From NCBI GenBank assembly GCA_964016885.1, contig OZ024743.1:84072001-84136000 (forward strand): 64,000 nt of DNA, in the 5' to 3' direction. Positions 1 through 15,000 of this stretch are shown piece by piece. The notes beneath the pieces were generated by a model. The model searched no databases. It saw nothing but the letters and a program-made list of their open reading frames with translations, and was not told where the DNA came from. The DNA is from Eledone cirrhosa. Its lineage: Eukaryota. The position numbers and the translations under genes are program-made. Within the stretch, counting starts at the first letter, position 1. The number at the start of each line of letters is the position of its first letter.

Positions 1-3000
1 TTTTTTATTGCAGTGGAAGTCATATTTTTTGTTAATATACTAAAAGCATAGTCCACTGCGAGCTTCTTGGAAGTTGTATTAGTTGATAGCACATGCAAAA
101 GTGAAGGAAAAAATTTTTTTCTTACATAAATCAAAGTGGAAATTTAATTCCTTACTTATAACAGAGCACACCACACCACACCACACCACATTAATCTACC
201 CCAAACCACACCATATCAAACAGCACCCTATTATGGTAAATAATACCACCCAAACTAACATCAAAGGTGCTTGCAAATGACTATTTTCCCACATTATCAA
301 TGAATACGACATAGGAATCTATCGTTTACAATTGGTTTCCATTTCATAACTTCACCAAACCAAACCACACCATACCAAGTTACACCATACTACATCACAC
401 CAAGCTATTGATCTTGGTGTGAAACATTTTTTTTTTCTGTGTGCTTACTACCCAATCTGACATTAAAGGTGCTCCCAATTTACTTTTTTTTTCCCATATC
501 AATAATTATGACATGGAAACCTGTCGAAAATGACTATCTTTGTAGAAACTTCACCAAACCACACCATACTACATCACACCAGGCTATTGATTCTGGTGTG
601 ACAAATTTTCATTTGGCATTTTTTTTTTTTTTTTTGTGCTTACCACCCAATTTAACATAAATGATGCTCGCAAATTACTATTTTATATACATATTATCAA
701 TGGTTATGACATGGAAACCTGATGAAAATGACTAGCTTTGTAGAAAAAAGAGGGAGGATGTGGGTGGAAATACCATTTACAAAGCTAGTCATTTTTTATT
801 GCATATTTTTTGTTAATATGCTAAAAACATAGTCCACTGCTAGCATCTTGCAAGTTGATAGCACATGCAAAAATGAAGGAAAAAAATTTTTTCTAACATA
901 AATCAAAGTGGAAATTTAAATCCTCACTTGTAACAAAGCACACCACAGCACATTAATCTACCACAATCCACACCATAAATTCACCATAACCATACTTCAC
1001 TATATGGTAAATTTATTACGGAACACCTCATACCATTTACATCACACCATGGTATGTACATCAATATGACAAATTTGCTACCTGCTTTTTTTTTTTTTTT
1101 GTGGTTACCACCTCAAACTAACATCAAAGGTGTTTGCAAATGACTATTTTCCCACACATTATCAATGAATATGACATGGGAATCTATCATTTACAATTGG
1201 TTTCCATTTCATAACTTCACCAAACCAAACCACACCATACCAAGTTACACCATACTCCATCACTCCAAGCTATTGATCTTGGTGTGAAACATTTTCCTCC
1301 CGTTTCCTTTTTTTTTTTTGTGTGTGCTTACCACCCAATCTGACATTAAAGGTGCTCCAAATTGACTATTTTTTTTCCACTTATCAATAATTATGACATG
1401 GAAACCTCTTGAAAATGACTATCTTTCTAGAAACTTCACCAAACCACACCATACAACATCACACCAAGCTATTGATTTTAGTGTGACAAATTTTCATCCG
1501 GCAATTTTTTTTTTTTATTCTATTTTTTTTTTGTGCTTACCACCCAATTTAACATAAATGATGCTCGCAAATTACTATTTTATGCACATATTATCAATGG
1601 TTATGACATGGAAACCTGATGAAAATGACTAGCTTTGTAGAAAAAAGAGGGAGGATGTAGGTGGAAATACTATTTACAAAGCTAGTCATTTTTTATTGCA
1701 GTGGAAGTCATATTTTTTGTTAATATACTAAAAGCATAGTCCACTGCGAGCTTCTTGGAAGTTGTATTAGTTGATAGCACATGCAAAAGTGAAGGAAAAA
1801 ATTTTTTTCTTACATAAATCAAAGTGGAAATTTAATTCCTTACTTATAACAGAGCACACCACACCACACCACACCACATTAATCTACCCCAAACCACACC
1901 ATATCAAACAGCACCCTATTATGGTAAATAATACCACCCAAACTAACATCAAAGGTGCTTGCAAATGACTATTTTCCCACATTATCAATGAATACGACAT
2001 AGGAATCTATCGTTTACAATTGGTTTCCATTTCATAACTTCACCAAACCAAACCACACCATACCAAGTTACACCATACTACATCACACCAAGCTATTGAT
2101 CTTGGTGTGAAACATTTTTTTTTTCTGTGTGCTTACTACCCAATCTGACATTAAAGGTGCTCCCAATTTACTTTTTTTTCCCATATCAATAATTATGACA
2201 TGGAAACCTGTCGAAAATGACTATCTTTGTAGAAACTTCACCAAACCACACCATACTACATCACACCAGGCTATTGATTCTGGTGTGACAAATTTTCAAT
2301 TGGCATTTTTTTTTTTTTTTTTGTGCTTACCACCCAATTTAACATAAATGATGCTCGCAAATTACTATTTTATATACATATTATCAATGGTTATGACATG
2401 GAAACCTGATGAAAATGACTAGCTTTGTAGAAAAAAGAGGGAGGATGTGGGTGGAAATACCATTTACAAAGCTAGTCATTTTTTATTGCATATTTTTTGT
2501 TAATATGCTAAAAACATAGTCCACTGCTAGCATCTTGCAAGTTGATAGCACATGCAAAAATGAAGGAAAAAAATTTTTTCTAACATAAATCAAAGTGGAA
2601 ATTTAAATCCTCACTTGTAACAAAGCACACCACAGCACATTAATCTACCACAATCCACACCATAAATTCACCATAACCATACTTCACTATATGGTAAATT
2701 TATTACGGAACACCTCATACCATTTACATCACACCATGGTATGTACATCAATATGACAAATTTGCTACCTGCTTTTTTTTTTTTTTTGTGGTTACCACCT
2801 CAAACTAACATCAAAGGTGTTTGCAAATGACTATTTTCCCACGCATTATCAATGAATATGACATGGGAATCTATCATTTACAATTGGTTTCCATTTCATA
2901 ACTTCACCAAACCAAACCACACCATACCAAGTTACACCATACTCCATCACTCCAAGCTATTGATCTTGGTGTGAAACATTTTCCTCCCGTTTCATTTTTT

Positions 3001-6000
3001 TTTTTTGTGTGTGCTTACCACCCAATCTGACATTAAAGGTGCTCCTAATTGACTATTTTTTTTCCACTTATCAATAATTATGACATGGAAACCTCTTGAA
3101 AATGACTATCTTTCTAGAAACTTCACCAAACCACACCATACAACATCACACCAAGCTATTGATTTTAGTGTGACAAATTTTCATCCGGCAATTTTTTTTT
3201 TTTATTCTATTTTTTTTTTGTGCTTACCACCCAATTTAACATAAATGATGCTCGCAAATTACTATTTTATGCACATATTATCAATGGTTATGACATGGAA
3301 ACCTGATGAAAATGACTAGCTTTGTAGAAAAAAGAGGGAGGATGTAGGTGGAAATACTATTTACAAAGCTAGTCATTTTTTATTGCAGTGGAAGTCATAT
3401 TTTTTGTTAATATACTAAAAGCATAGTCCACTGCGAGCTTCTTGGAAGTTGTATTAGTTGATAGCACATGCAAAAGTGAAGGAAAAAATTTTTTTCTTAC
3501 ATAAATCAAAGTGGAAATTTAATTCCTTACTTATAACAGAGCACACCACACCACACCACACCACATTAATCTACCCCAAACCACACCATATCAAACAGCA
3601 CCCTATTATGGTAAATAATACCACCCAAACTAACATCAAAGGTGCTTGCAAATGACTATTTTCCCACATTATCAATGAATACGACATAGGAATCTATCGT
3701 TTACAATTGGTTTCCATTTCATAACTTCACCAAACCAAACCACACCATACCAAGTTACACCATACTACATCACACCAAGCTATTGATCTTGGTGTGAAAC
3801 ATTTTTTTTTTCTGTGTGCTTACTACCCAATCTGACATTAAAGGTGCTCCCAATTTACTTTTTTTTTCCCATATCAATAATTATGACATGGAAACCTGTC
3901 GAAAATGACTATCTTTGTAGAAACTTCACCAAACCACACCATACTACATCACACCAGGCTATTGATTCTGGTGTGACAAATTTTCATTTGGCATTTTTTT
4001 TTTTTTTTTTGTGCTTACCACCCAATTTAACATAAATGATGCTCGCAAATTACTATTTTATATACATATTATCAATGGTTATGACATGGAAACCTGATGA
4101 AAATGACTAGCTTTGTAGAAAAAAGAGGGAGGATGTGGGTGGAAATACCATTTACAAAGCTAGTCATTTTTTATTGCATATTTTTTGTTAATATGCTAAA
4201 AACATAGTCCACTGCTAGCATCTTGCAAGTTGATAGCACATGCAAAAATGAAGGAAAAAAATTTTTTCTAACATAAATCAAAGTGGAAATTTAAATCCTC
4301 ACTTGTAACAAAGCACACCACAGCACATTAATCTACCACAATCCACACCATAAATTCACCATAACCATACTTCACTATATGGTAAATTTATTACGGAACA
4401 CCTCATACCATTTACATCACACCATGGTATGTACATCAATATGACAAATTTGCTACCTGCTTTTTTTTTTTTTTTTGTGGTTACCACCTCAAACTAACAT
4501 CAAAGGTGTTTGCAAATGACTATTTTCCCACACATTATCAATCAATATGACATGGGAATCTATCATTTACAATTGGTTTCCATTTCATAACTTCACCAAA
4601 CCAAACCACACCATACCAAGTTACACCATACTCCATCACTCCAAGCTATTGATCTTGGTGTGAAACATTTTCCTCCCGTTTCCTTTTTTTTTTTTGTGTG
4701 TGCTTACCACCCAATCTGACATTAAAGGTGCTCCAAATTGACTATTTTTTTTCCACTTATCAATAATTATGACATGGAAACCTCTTGAAAATGACTATCT
4801 TTCTAGAAACTTCACCAAACCACACCATACAACATCACACCAAGCTATTGATTTTAGTGTGACAAATTTTCATCCGGCAATTTTTTTTTTTTATTCTATT
4901 TTTTTTTTGTGCTTACCACCCAATTTAACATAAATGATGCTCGCAAATTACTATTTTATGCACATATTATCAATGGTTATGACATGGAAACCTGATGAAA
5001 ATGACTAGCTTTGTAGAAAAAAGAGGGAGGATGTAGGTGGAAATACTATTTACAAAGCTAGTCATTTTTTATTGCAGTGGAAGTCATATTTTTTGTTAAT
5101 ATACTAAAAGCATAGTCCACTGCGAGCTTCTTGGAAGTTGTATTAGTTGATAGCACATGCAAAAGTGAAGGAAAAAATTTTTTTCTTACATAAATCAAAG
5201 TGGAAATTTAATTCCTTACTTATAACAGAGCACACCACACCACACCACATTAATCTACCCCAAACCACACCATATCAAACAGCACCCTATTATGGTAAAT
5301 AATACCACCCAAACTAACATCAAAGGTGCTTGCAAATGACTATTTTCCCACATTATCAATGAATACGACATAGGAATCTATCGTTTACAATTGGTTTCCA
5401 TTTCATAACTTCACCAAACCAAACCACACCATACCAAGTTACACCATACTACATCACACCAAGCTATTGATCTTGGTGTGAAACATTTTTTTTTTCTGTG
5501 TGCTTACTACCCAATCTGACATTAAAGGTGCTCCCAATTTACTTTTTTTTTCCCATATCAATAATTATGACATGGAAACCTGTCGAAAATGACTATCTTT
5601 GTAGAAACTTCACCAAACCACACCATACTACATCACACCAGGCTATTGATTCTGGTGTGACAAATTTTCATTTGGCATTTTTTTTTTTTTTTTTGTGCTT
5701 ACCGCCCAATTTAACATAAATGATGCTCGCAAATTACTATTTTATATACATATTATCAATGGTTATGACATGGAAACCTGATGAAAATGACTAGCTTTGT
5801 AGAAAAAAGAGGGAGGATGTGGGTGGAAATACCATTTACAAAGCTAGTCATTTTTTATTGCATATTTTTTGTTAATATGCTAAAAACATAGTCCACTGCT
5901 AGCATCTTGCAAGTTGATAGCACATGCAAAAATGAAGGAAAAAAATTTTTTCTAACATAAATCAAAGTGGAAATTTAAATCCTCACTTGTAACAAAGCAC

Positions 6001-9000
6001 ACCACAGCACATTAATCTACCACAATCCACACCATAAATTCACCATAACCATACTTCACTATATGGTAAATTTATTACGGAACACCTCATACCATTTACA
6101 TCACACCATGGTATGTACATCAATATGACAAATTTGCTACCTGCTTTTTTTTTTTTTTTGTGGTTACCACCTCAAACTAACATCAAAGGTGTTTGCAAAT
6201 GACTATTTTCCCACACATTATCAATGAATATGACATGGGAATCTATCATTTACAATTGGTTTCCATTTCATAACTTCACCAAACCAAACCACACCATACC
6301 AAGTTACACCATACTCCATCACTCCAAGCTATTGATCTTGGTGTGAAACATTTTCCTCCCGTTTCCTTTTTTTTTTTTGTGTGTGCTTACCACCCAATCT
6401 GACATTAAAGGTGCTCCTAATTGACTATTTTTTTTCCACTTATCAATAATTATGACATGGAAACCTCTTGAAAATGACTATCTTTCTAGAAACTTCACCA
6501 AACCACACCATACAACATCACACCAAGCTATTGATTTTAGTGTGACAAATTTTCATCCGGCAATTTTTTTTTTTATTCTATTTTTTTTTTTGTGCTTACC
6601 ACCCAATTTAACATAAATGATGCTCGCAAATTACTATTTTATGCACATATTATCAATGGTTATGACATGGAAACCTGATGAAAATGACTAGCTTTGTAGA
6701 AAAAAGAGGGAGGATGTAGGTGGAAATACTATTTACAAAGCTAGTCATTTTTTATTGCAGTGGAAGTCATATTTTTTGTTAATATACTAAAAGCATAGTC
6801 CACTGCGAGCTTCTTGGAAGTTGTATTAGTTGATAGCACATGCAAAAGTGAAGGAAAAAATTTTTTTCTTACATAAATCAAAGTGGAAATTTAAATCCTT
6901 ACTTATAACAAAGCACACCACATTAATCTACCCCAAACCACACCATATCAAACAGCACCCTATTATGGTAAATAATACCACCCAAACTAACATCAAAGGT
7001 GCTTGCAAATGACTATTTTCCCACATTATCAATGAATACGACATAGGAATCTATCGTTTACAATTGGTTTCCATTTCATAACTTCACCAAACCAAACCAC
7101 ACCATACCAAGTTACACCATACTACATCACACCAAGCTATTGATCTTGGTGTGAAACATTTTTTTTTTCTGTGTGCTTACTACCCAATCTGACATTAAAG
7201 GTGCTCCCAATTTACTTTTTTTTTCCCATATCAATAATTATGACATGGAAACCTGTCGAAAATGACTATCTTTGTAGAAACTTCACCAAACCACACCATA
7301 CTACATCACACCAGGCTATTGATTCTGGTGTGACAAATTTTCATTTGGCATTTTTTTTTTTTTTTTTTTGTGCTTACCACCCAGTTTAACATAAATGATG
7401 CTCGCAAATTACTATTTTATATACATATTATCAATGGTTATGACATGGAAACCTGATGAAAATGACTAGCTTTGTAGAAAAAAGAGGGAGGATGTGGGTG
7501 GAAATACCATTTACAAAGCTAGTCATTTTTTATTGCATATTTTTTGTTAATATGCTAAAAACATAGTCCACTGCTAGCATCTTGCAAGTTGATAGCACAT
7601 GCAAAAATGAAGGAAAAAAATTTTTTCTAACATAAATCAAAGTGGAAATTTAAATCCTCACTTGTAACAAAGCACACCACAGCACATTAATCTACCACAA
7701 TCCACACCATAAATTCACCATAACCATACTTCACTATATGGTAAATTTATTACGGAACACCTCATACCATTTACATCACACCATGGTATGTACATCAATA
7801 TGACAAATTTGCTACCTGCTTTTTTTTTTTTTTTGTGGTTACCACCTCAAACTAACATCAAAGGTGTTTGCAAATGACTATTTTCCCACACATTATCAAT
7901 GAATATGACATGGGAATCTATCATTTACAATTGGTTTCCATTTCATAACTTCACCAAACCAAACCACACCATACCAAGTTACACCATACTCCATCACTCC
8001 AAGCTATTGATCTTGGTGTGAAACATTTTCCTCCCGTTTCCTTTTTTTTTTTTGTGTGTGCTTACCACCCAATCTGACATTAAAGGTGCTCCTAATTGAC
8101 TATTTTTTTTCCACTTATCAATAATTATGACATGGAAACCTCTTGAAAATGACTATCTTTCTAGAAACTTCACCAAACCACACCATACAACATCACACCA
8201 AGCTATTGATTTTAGTGTGACAAATTTTCATCCGGCAATTTTTTTTTTATTCTATTTTTTTTTTTGTGCTTACCACCCAATTTAACATAAATGATGCTCG
8301 CAAATTACTATTTTATGCACATATTATCAATGGTTATGACATGGAAACCTGATGAAAATGACTAGCTTTGTAGAAAAAAGAGGGAGGATGTAGGTGGAAA
8401 TACTATTTACAAAGCTAGTCATTTTTTATTGCAGTGGAAGTCATATTTTTTGTTAATATACTAAAAGCATAGTCCACTGCGAGCTTCTTGGAAGTTGTAT
8501 TAGTTGATAGCACATGCAAAAGTGAAGGAAAAAATTTTTTTCTTACATAAATCAAAGTGGAAATTTAAATCCTTACTTATAACAAAGCACACCACATTAA
8601 TCTACCCCAAACCACACCATATCAAACAGCACCATATTATGGTAAATTTATTACAGAACACCTACTCCTATCATTTACATCACACCATGGTATAGACATC
8701 AATGTGACAAATTTGCTACCTGCTTTTTTTTTTTTTTGTGGTTACCACCCAAACTAACATCAAACCATACAACATCACACCAAGCTATTAATTTTGGTGT
8801 GACAAATTTTATACTAAAAGCATAGTTCACTGCGAGCATGTTGCAAGTTGATAGCACATGCAAAAATGAAGGAAAAAAATTTTTTGTAACATAAATCAAA
8901 GTGGAAATTTAAATCCTCACTTATAACAAAGCACACCACAGCACATTAATCTACCACAATCCACACCATAAATTCACCATAACCATACTTCACTATATGG

Positions 9001-12000
9001 TAAATTTATTACAGAACACCTCATACCATTTACATCACACCATGGTATGTACATCAATATGACAAATTTGCTACCTGCTTTTTTTTTTTTTTTGTGGTTA
9101 CCACCTCAAACTAACATCAAAGGTGTTTGCAAATGACTATTTTCCCACACATTATCACTGAATATGACATGGGAATCTATCGTTTAGAATTGGTTTCCAT
9201 TTCATAACTTCACCAAACCAAACCAAACCACACCACAACATACCAAGTTACACCATACTACATCACTCCAAGCTATTGATCTTGGTGTGAAACATTTTCC
9301 TCCCGTTTCCTTGTTTTTTCTTGTGTGTGCTTACCACCCAATCTGACATTAAAGGTGCTCCTAATTGACTATTTTTTTTCCACTTATCAATAATTATGAC
9401 ATGGAAACCTCTTGAAAATGACTATCTTTCTAGAAACTTCACCAAACCACACCATACAACATCACACCAAGCTATTGATTTTAGTGTGACAAATTTTCAT
9501 CCGGCAATTTTTTTTTTTTATTCTATTTTTTTTTTGTGCTTACCACCCAATTTAACATAAATGATGCTCGCAAATTACTATTTTATGCACATATTATCAA
9601 TGGTTATGACATGGAAACCTGATGAAAATGACTAGCTTTGTAGAAAAAAGAGGGAGGATGTAGGTGGAAATACTATTTACAAAGCTAGTCATTTTTTATT
9701 GCAGTGGAAGTCATATTTTTTGTTAATATACTAAAAGCATAGTCCACTGCGAGCTTCTTGGAAGTTGTATTAGTTGATAGCACATGCAAAAGTGAAGGAA
9801 AAAATTTTTTTCTTACATAAATCAAAGTGGAAATTTAAATCCTTACTTATAACAAAGCACACCACATTAATCTACCCCAAACCACACCATATCAAACAGC
9901 ACCATATTATGGTAAATTTATTACAGAACACCTACTCCTATCATTTACATCACACCATGGTATAGACATCAATGTGACAAATTTGCTACCTGCTTTTTTT
10001 TTTTTTTGTGGTTACCACCCAAACTAACATCAAACCATACAACATCACACCAAGCTATTAATTTTGGTGTGACAAATTTTATACTAAAAGCATAGTTCAC
10101 TGCGAGCATGTTGCAAGTTGATAGCACATGCAAAAATGAAGGAAAAAAATTTTTTGTAACATAAATCAAAGTGGAAATTTAAATCCTCACTTATAACAAA
10201 GCACACCACAGCACATTAATCTACCACAATCCACACCATAAATTCACCATAACCATACTTCACTATATGGTAAATTTATTACAGAACACCTCATACCATT
10301 TACATCACACCATGGTATGTACATCAATATGACAAATTTGCTACCTGCTTTTTTTTTTTTTTTGTGGTTACCACCTCAAACTAACATCAAAGGTGTTTGC
10401 AAATGACTATTTTCCCACACATTATCACTGAATATGACATGGGAATCTATCGTTTAGAATTGGTTTCCATTTCATAACTTCACCAAACCAAACCAAACCA
10501 CACCACAACATACCAAGTTACACCATACTACATCACTCCAAGCTATTGATCTTGGTGTGAAACATTTTCCTCCCGTTTCCTTGTTTTTTCTTGTGTGTGC
10601 TTACCACCCAATCTGACATTAAAGGTGCTCCTAATTGACTATTTTTTTTCCACTTATCAATAATTATGACATGGAAACCTCTTGAAAATGACTATCTTTC
10701 TAGAAACTTCACCAAACCACACCATACAACATCACACCAAGCTATTGATTTTAGTGTGACAAATTTTCATCCGGCAATTTTTTTTTTTTATTCTATTTTT
10801 TTTTTGTGCTTACCACCCAATTTAACATAAATGATGCTCGCAAATTACTATTTTATGCACATATTATCAATGGTTATGACATGGAAACCTGATGAAAATG
10901 ACTAGCTTTGTAGAAAAAAGAGGGAGGATGTAGGTGGAAATACTATTTACAAAGCTAGTCATTTTTTATTGCAGTGGAAGTCATATTTTTTGTTAATATA
11001 CTAAAAGCATAGTCCACTGCGAGCTTCTTGGAAGTTGTATTAGTTGATAGCACATGCAAAAGTGAAGGAAAAAATTTTTTTCTTACATAAATCAAAGTGG
11101 AAATTTAATTCCTTACTTATAACAGAGCACACCACACCACACCACACCACATTAATCTACCCCAAACCACACCATATCAAACAGCACCCTATTATGGTAA
11201 ATAATACCACCCAAACTAACATCAAAGGTGCTTGCAAATGACTATTTTCCCACATTATCAATGAATACGACATAGGAATCTATCGTTTACAATTGGTTTC
11301 CATTTCATAACTTCACCAAACCAAACCACACCATACCAAGTTACACCATACTACATCACACCAAGCTATTGATCTTGGTGTGAAACATTTTTTTTTTCTG
11401 TGTGCTTACTACCCAATCTGACATTAAAGGTGCTCCCAATTTACTTTTTTTTTCCCATATCAATAATTATGACATGGAAACCTGTCGAAAATGACTATCT
11501 TTGTAGAAACTTCACCAAACCACACCATACTACATCACACCAGGCTATTGATTCTGGTGTGACAAATTTTCATTTGGCATTTTTTTTTTTTTTTTTTTGT
11601 GCTTACCACCCAGTTTAACATAAATGATGCTCGCAAATTACTATTTTATATACATATTATCAATGGTTATGACATGGAAACCTGATGAAAATGACTAGCT
11701 TTGTAGAAAAAAGAGGGAGGATGTGGGTGGAAATACCATTTACAAAGCTAGTCATTTTTTATTGCATATTTTTTGTTAATATGCTAAAAACATAGTCCAC
11801 TGCTAGCATCTTGCAAGTTGATAGCACATGCAAAAATGAAGGAAAAAAATTTTTTCTAACATAAATCAAAGTGGAAATTTAAATCCTCACTTGTAACAAA
11901 GCACACCACAGCACATTAATCTACCACAATCCACACCATAAATTCACCATAACCATACTTCACTATATGGTAAATTTATTACGGAACACCTCATACCATT

Positions 12001-15000
12001 TACATCACACCATGGTATGTACATCAATATGACAAATTTGCTACCTGCTTTTTTTTTTTTTTTGTGGTTACCACCTCAAACTAACATCAAAGGTGTTTGC
12101 AAATGACTATTTTCCCACACATTATCAATGAATATGACATGGGAATCTATCATTTACAATTGGTTTCCATTTCATAACTTCACCAAACCAAACCACACCA
12201 TACCAAGTTACACCATACTCCATCACTCCAAGCTATTGATCTTGGTGTGAAACATTTTCCTCCCGTTTCCTTTTTTTTTTTTGTGTGTGCTTACCACCCA
12301 ATCTGACATTAAAGGTGCTCCTAATTGACTATTTTTTTTCCACTTATCAATAATTATGACATGGAAACCTCTTGAAAATGACTATCTTTCTAGAAACTTC
12401 ACCAAACCACACCATACAACATCACACCAAGCTATTGATTTTAGTGTGACAAATTTTCATCCGGCAATTTTTTTTTTATTCTATTTTTTTTTTTGTGCTT
12501 ACCACCCAATTTAACATAAATGATGCTCGCAAATTACTATTTTATGCACATATTATCAATGGTTATGACATGGAAACCTGATGAAAATGACTAGCTTTGT
12601 AGAAAAAAGAGGGAGGATGTAGGTGGAAATACTATTTACAAAGCTAGTCATTTTTTATTGCAGTGGAAGTCATATTTTTTGTTAATATACTAAAAGCATA
12701 GTCCACTGCGAGCTTCTTGGAAGTTGTATTAGTTGATAGCACATGCAAAAGTGAAGGAAAAAATTTTTTTCTTACATAAATCAAAGTGGAAATTTAAATC
12801 CTTACTTATAACAAAGCACACCACATTAATCTACCCCAAACCACACCATATCAAACAGCACCATATTATGGTAAATTTATTACAGAACACCTACTCCTAT
12901 CATTTACATCACACCATGGTATAGACATCAATGTGACAAATTTGCTACCTGCTTTTTTTTTTTTTTGTGGTTACCACCCAAACTAACATCAAACCATACA
13001 ACATCACACCAAGCTATTGATTTTGGTGTGACAAATTTTATACTAAAAGCATAGTTCACTGCGAGCATGTTGCAAGTTGATAGCACATGCAAAAATGAAG
13101 GAAAAAAATTTTTTGTAACATAAATCAAAGTGGAAATTTAAATCCTCACTTATAACAAAGCACACCACAGCACATTAATCTACCACAATCCACACCATAA
13201 ATTCACCATAACCATACTTCACTATATGGTAAATTTATTACAGAACACCTCATACCATTTACATCACACCATGGTATGTACATCAATATGACAAATTTGC
13301 TACCTGCTTTTTTTTTTTTTTTGTGGTTACCACCTCAAACTAACATCAAAGGTGTTTGCAAATGACTATTTTCCCACACATTATCACTGAATATGACATG
13401 GGAATCTATCGTTTAGAATTGGTTTCCATTTCATAACTTCACCAAACCAAACCAAACCACACCACAACATACCAAGTTACACCATACTACATCACTCCAA
13501 GCTATTGATCTTGGTGTGAAACATTTTCCTCCCGTTTCCTTGTTTTTTCTTGTGTGTGCTTACCACCCAATCTGACATTAAAGGTGCTCCTAATTGACTA
13601 TTTTTTTTCCACTTATCAATAATTATGACATGGAAACCTCTTGAAAATGACTATCTTTCTAGAAACTTCACCAAACCACACCATACAACATCACACCAAG
13701 CTATTGATTTTAGTGTGACAAATTTTCATCCGGCAATTTTTTTTTTTTATTCTATTTTTTTTTTGTGCTTACCACCCAATTTAACATAAATGATGCTCGC
13801 AAATTACTATTTTATGCACATATTATCAATGGTTATGACATGGAAACCTGATGAAAATGACTAGCTTTGTAGAAAAAAGAGGGAGGATGTAGGTGGAAAT
13901 ACTATTTACAAAGCTAGTCATTTTTTATTGCAGTGGAAGTCATATTTTTTGTTAATATACTAAAAGCATAGTCCACTGCGAGCTTCTTGGAAGTTGTATT
14001 AGTTGATAGCACATGCAAAAGTGAAGGAAAAAATTTTTTTCTTACATAAATCAAAGTGGAAATTTAATTCCTTACTTATAACAGAGCACACCACACCACA
14101 CCACACCACATTAATCTACCCCAAACCACACCATATCAAACAGCACCCTATTATGGTAAATAATACCACCCAAACTAACATCAAAGGTGCTTGCAAATGA
14201 CTATTTTCCCACATTATCAATGAATACGACATAGGAATCTATCGTTTACAATTGGTTTCCATTTCATAACTTCACCAAACCAAACCACACCATACCAAGT
14301 TACACCATACTACATCACACCAAGCTATTGATCTTGGTGTGAAACATTTTTTTTTTCTGTGTGCTTACTACCCAATCTGACATTAAAGGTGCTCCCAATT
14401 TACTTTTTTTTTCCCATATCAATAATTATGACATGGAAACCTGTCGAAAATGACTATCTTTGTAGAAACTTCACCAAACCACACCATACTACATCACACC
14501 AGGCTATTGATTCTGGTGTGACAAATTTTCATTTGGCATTTTTTTTTTTTTTTTTTTGTGCTTACCACCCAGTTTAACATAAATGATGCTCGCAAATTAC
14601 TATTTTATATACATATTATCAATGGTTATGACATGGAAACCTGATGAAAATGACTAGCTTTGTAGAAAAAAGAGGGAGGATGTGGGTGGAAATACCATTT
14701 ACAAAGCTAGTCATTTTTTATTGCATATTTTTTGTTAATATGCTAAAAACATAGTCCACTGCTAGCATCTTGCAAGTTGATAGCACATGCAAAAATGAAG
14801 GAAAAAAATTTTTTCTAACATAAATCAAAGTGGAAATTTAAATCCTCACTTGTAACAAAGCACACCACAGCACATTAATCTACCACAATCCACACCATAA
14901 ATTCACCATAACCATACTTCACTATATGGTAAATTTATTACGGAACACCTCATACCATTTACATCACACCATGGTATGTACATCAATATGACAAATTTGC

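Noticed and set aside
718-800. Hammerhead ribozyme in the satellite (CTGATGA followed by a long stem)
   Set aside because: No GAAA follows the stem and no stem I or III forms. CTGATGA is just a variant of the subrepeat motif (ctgtcga, ctcttga).
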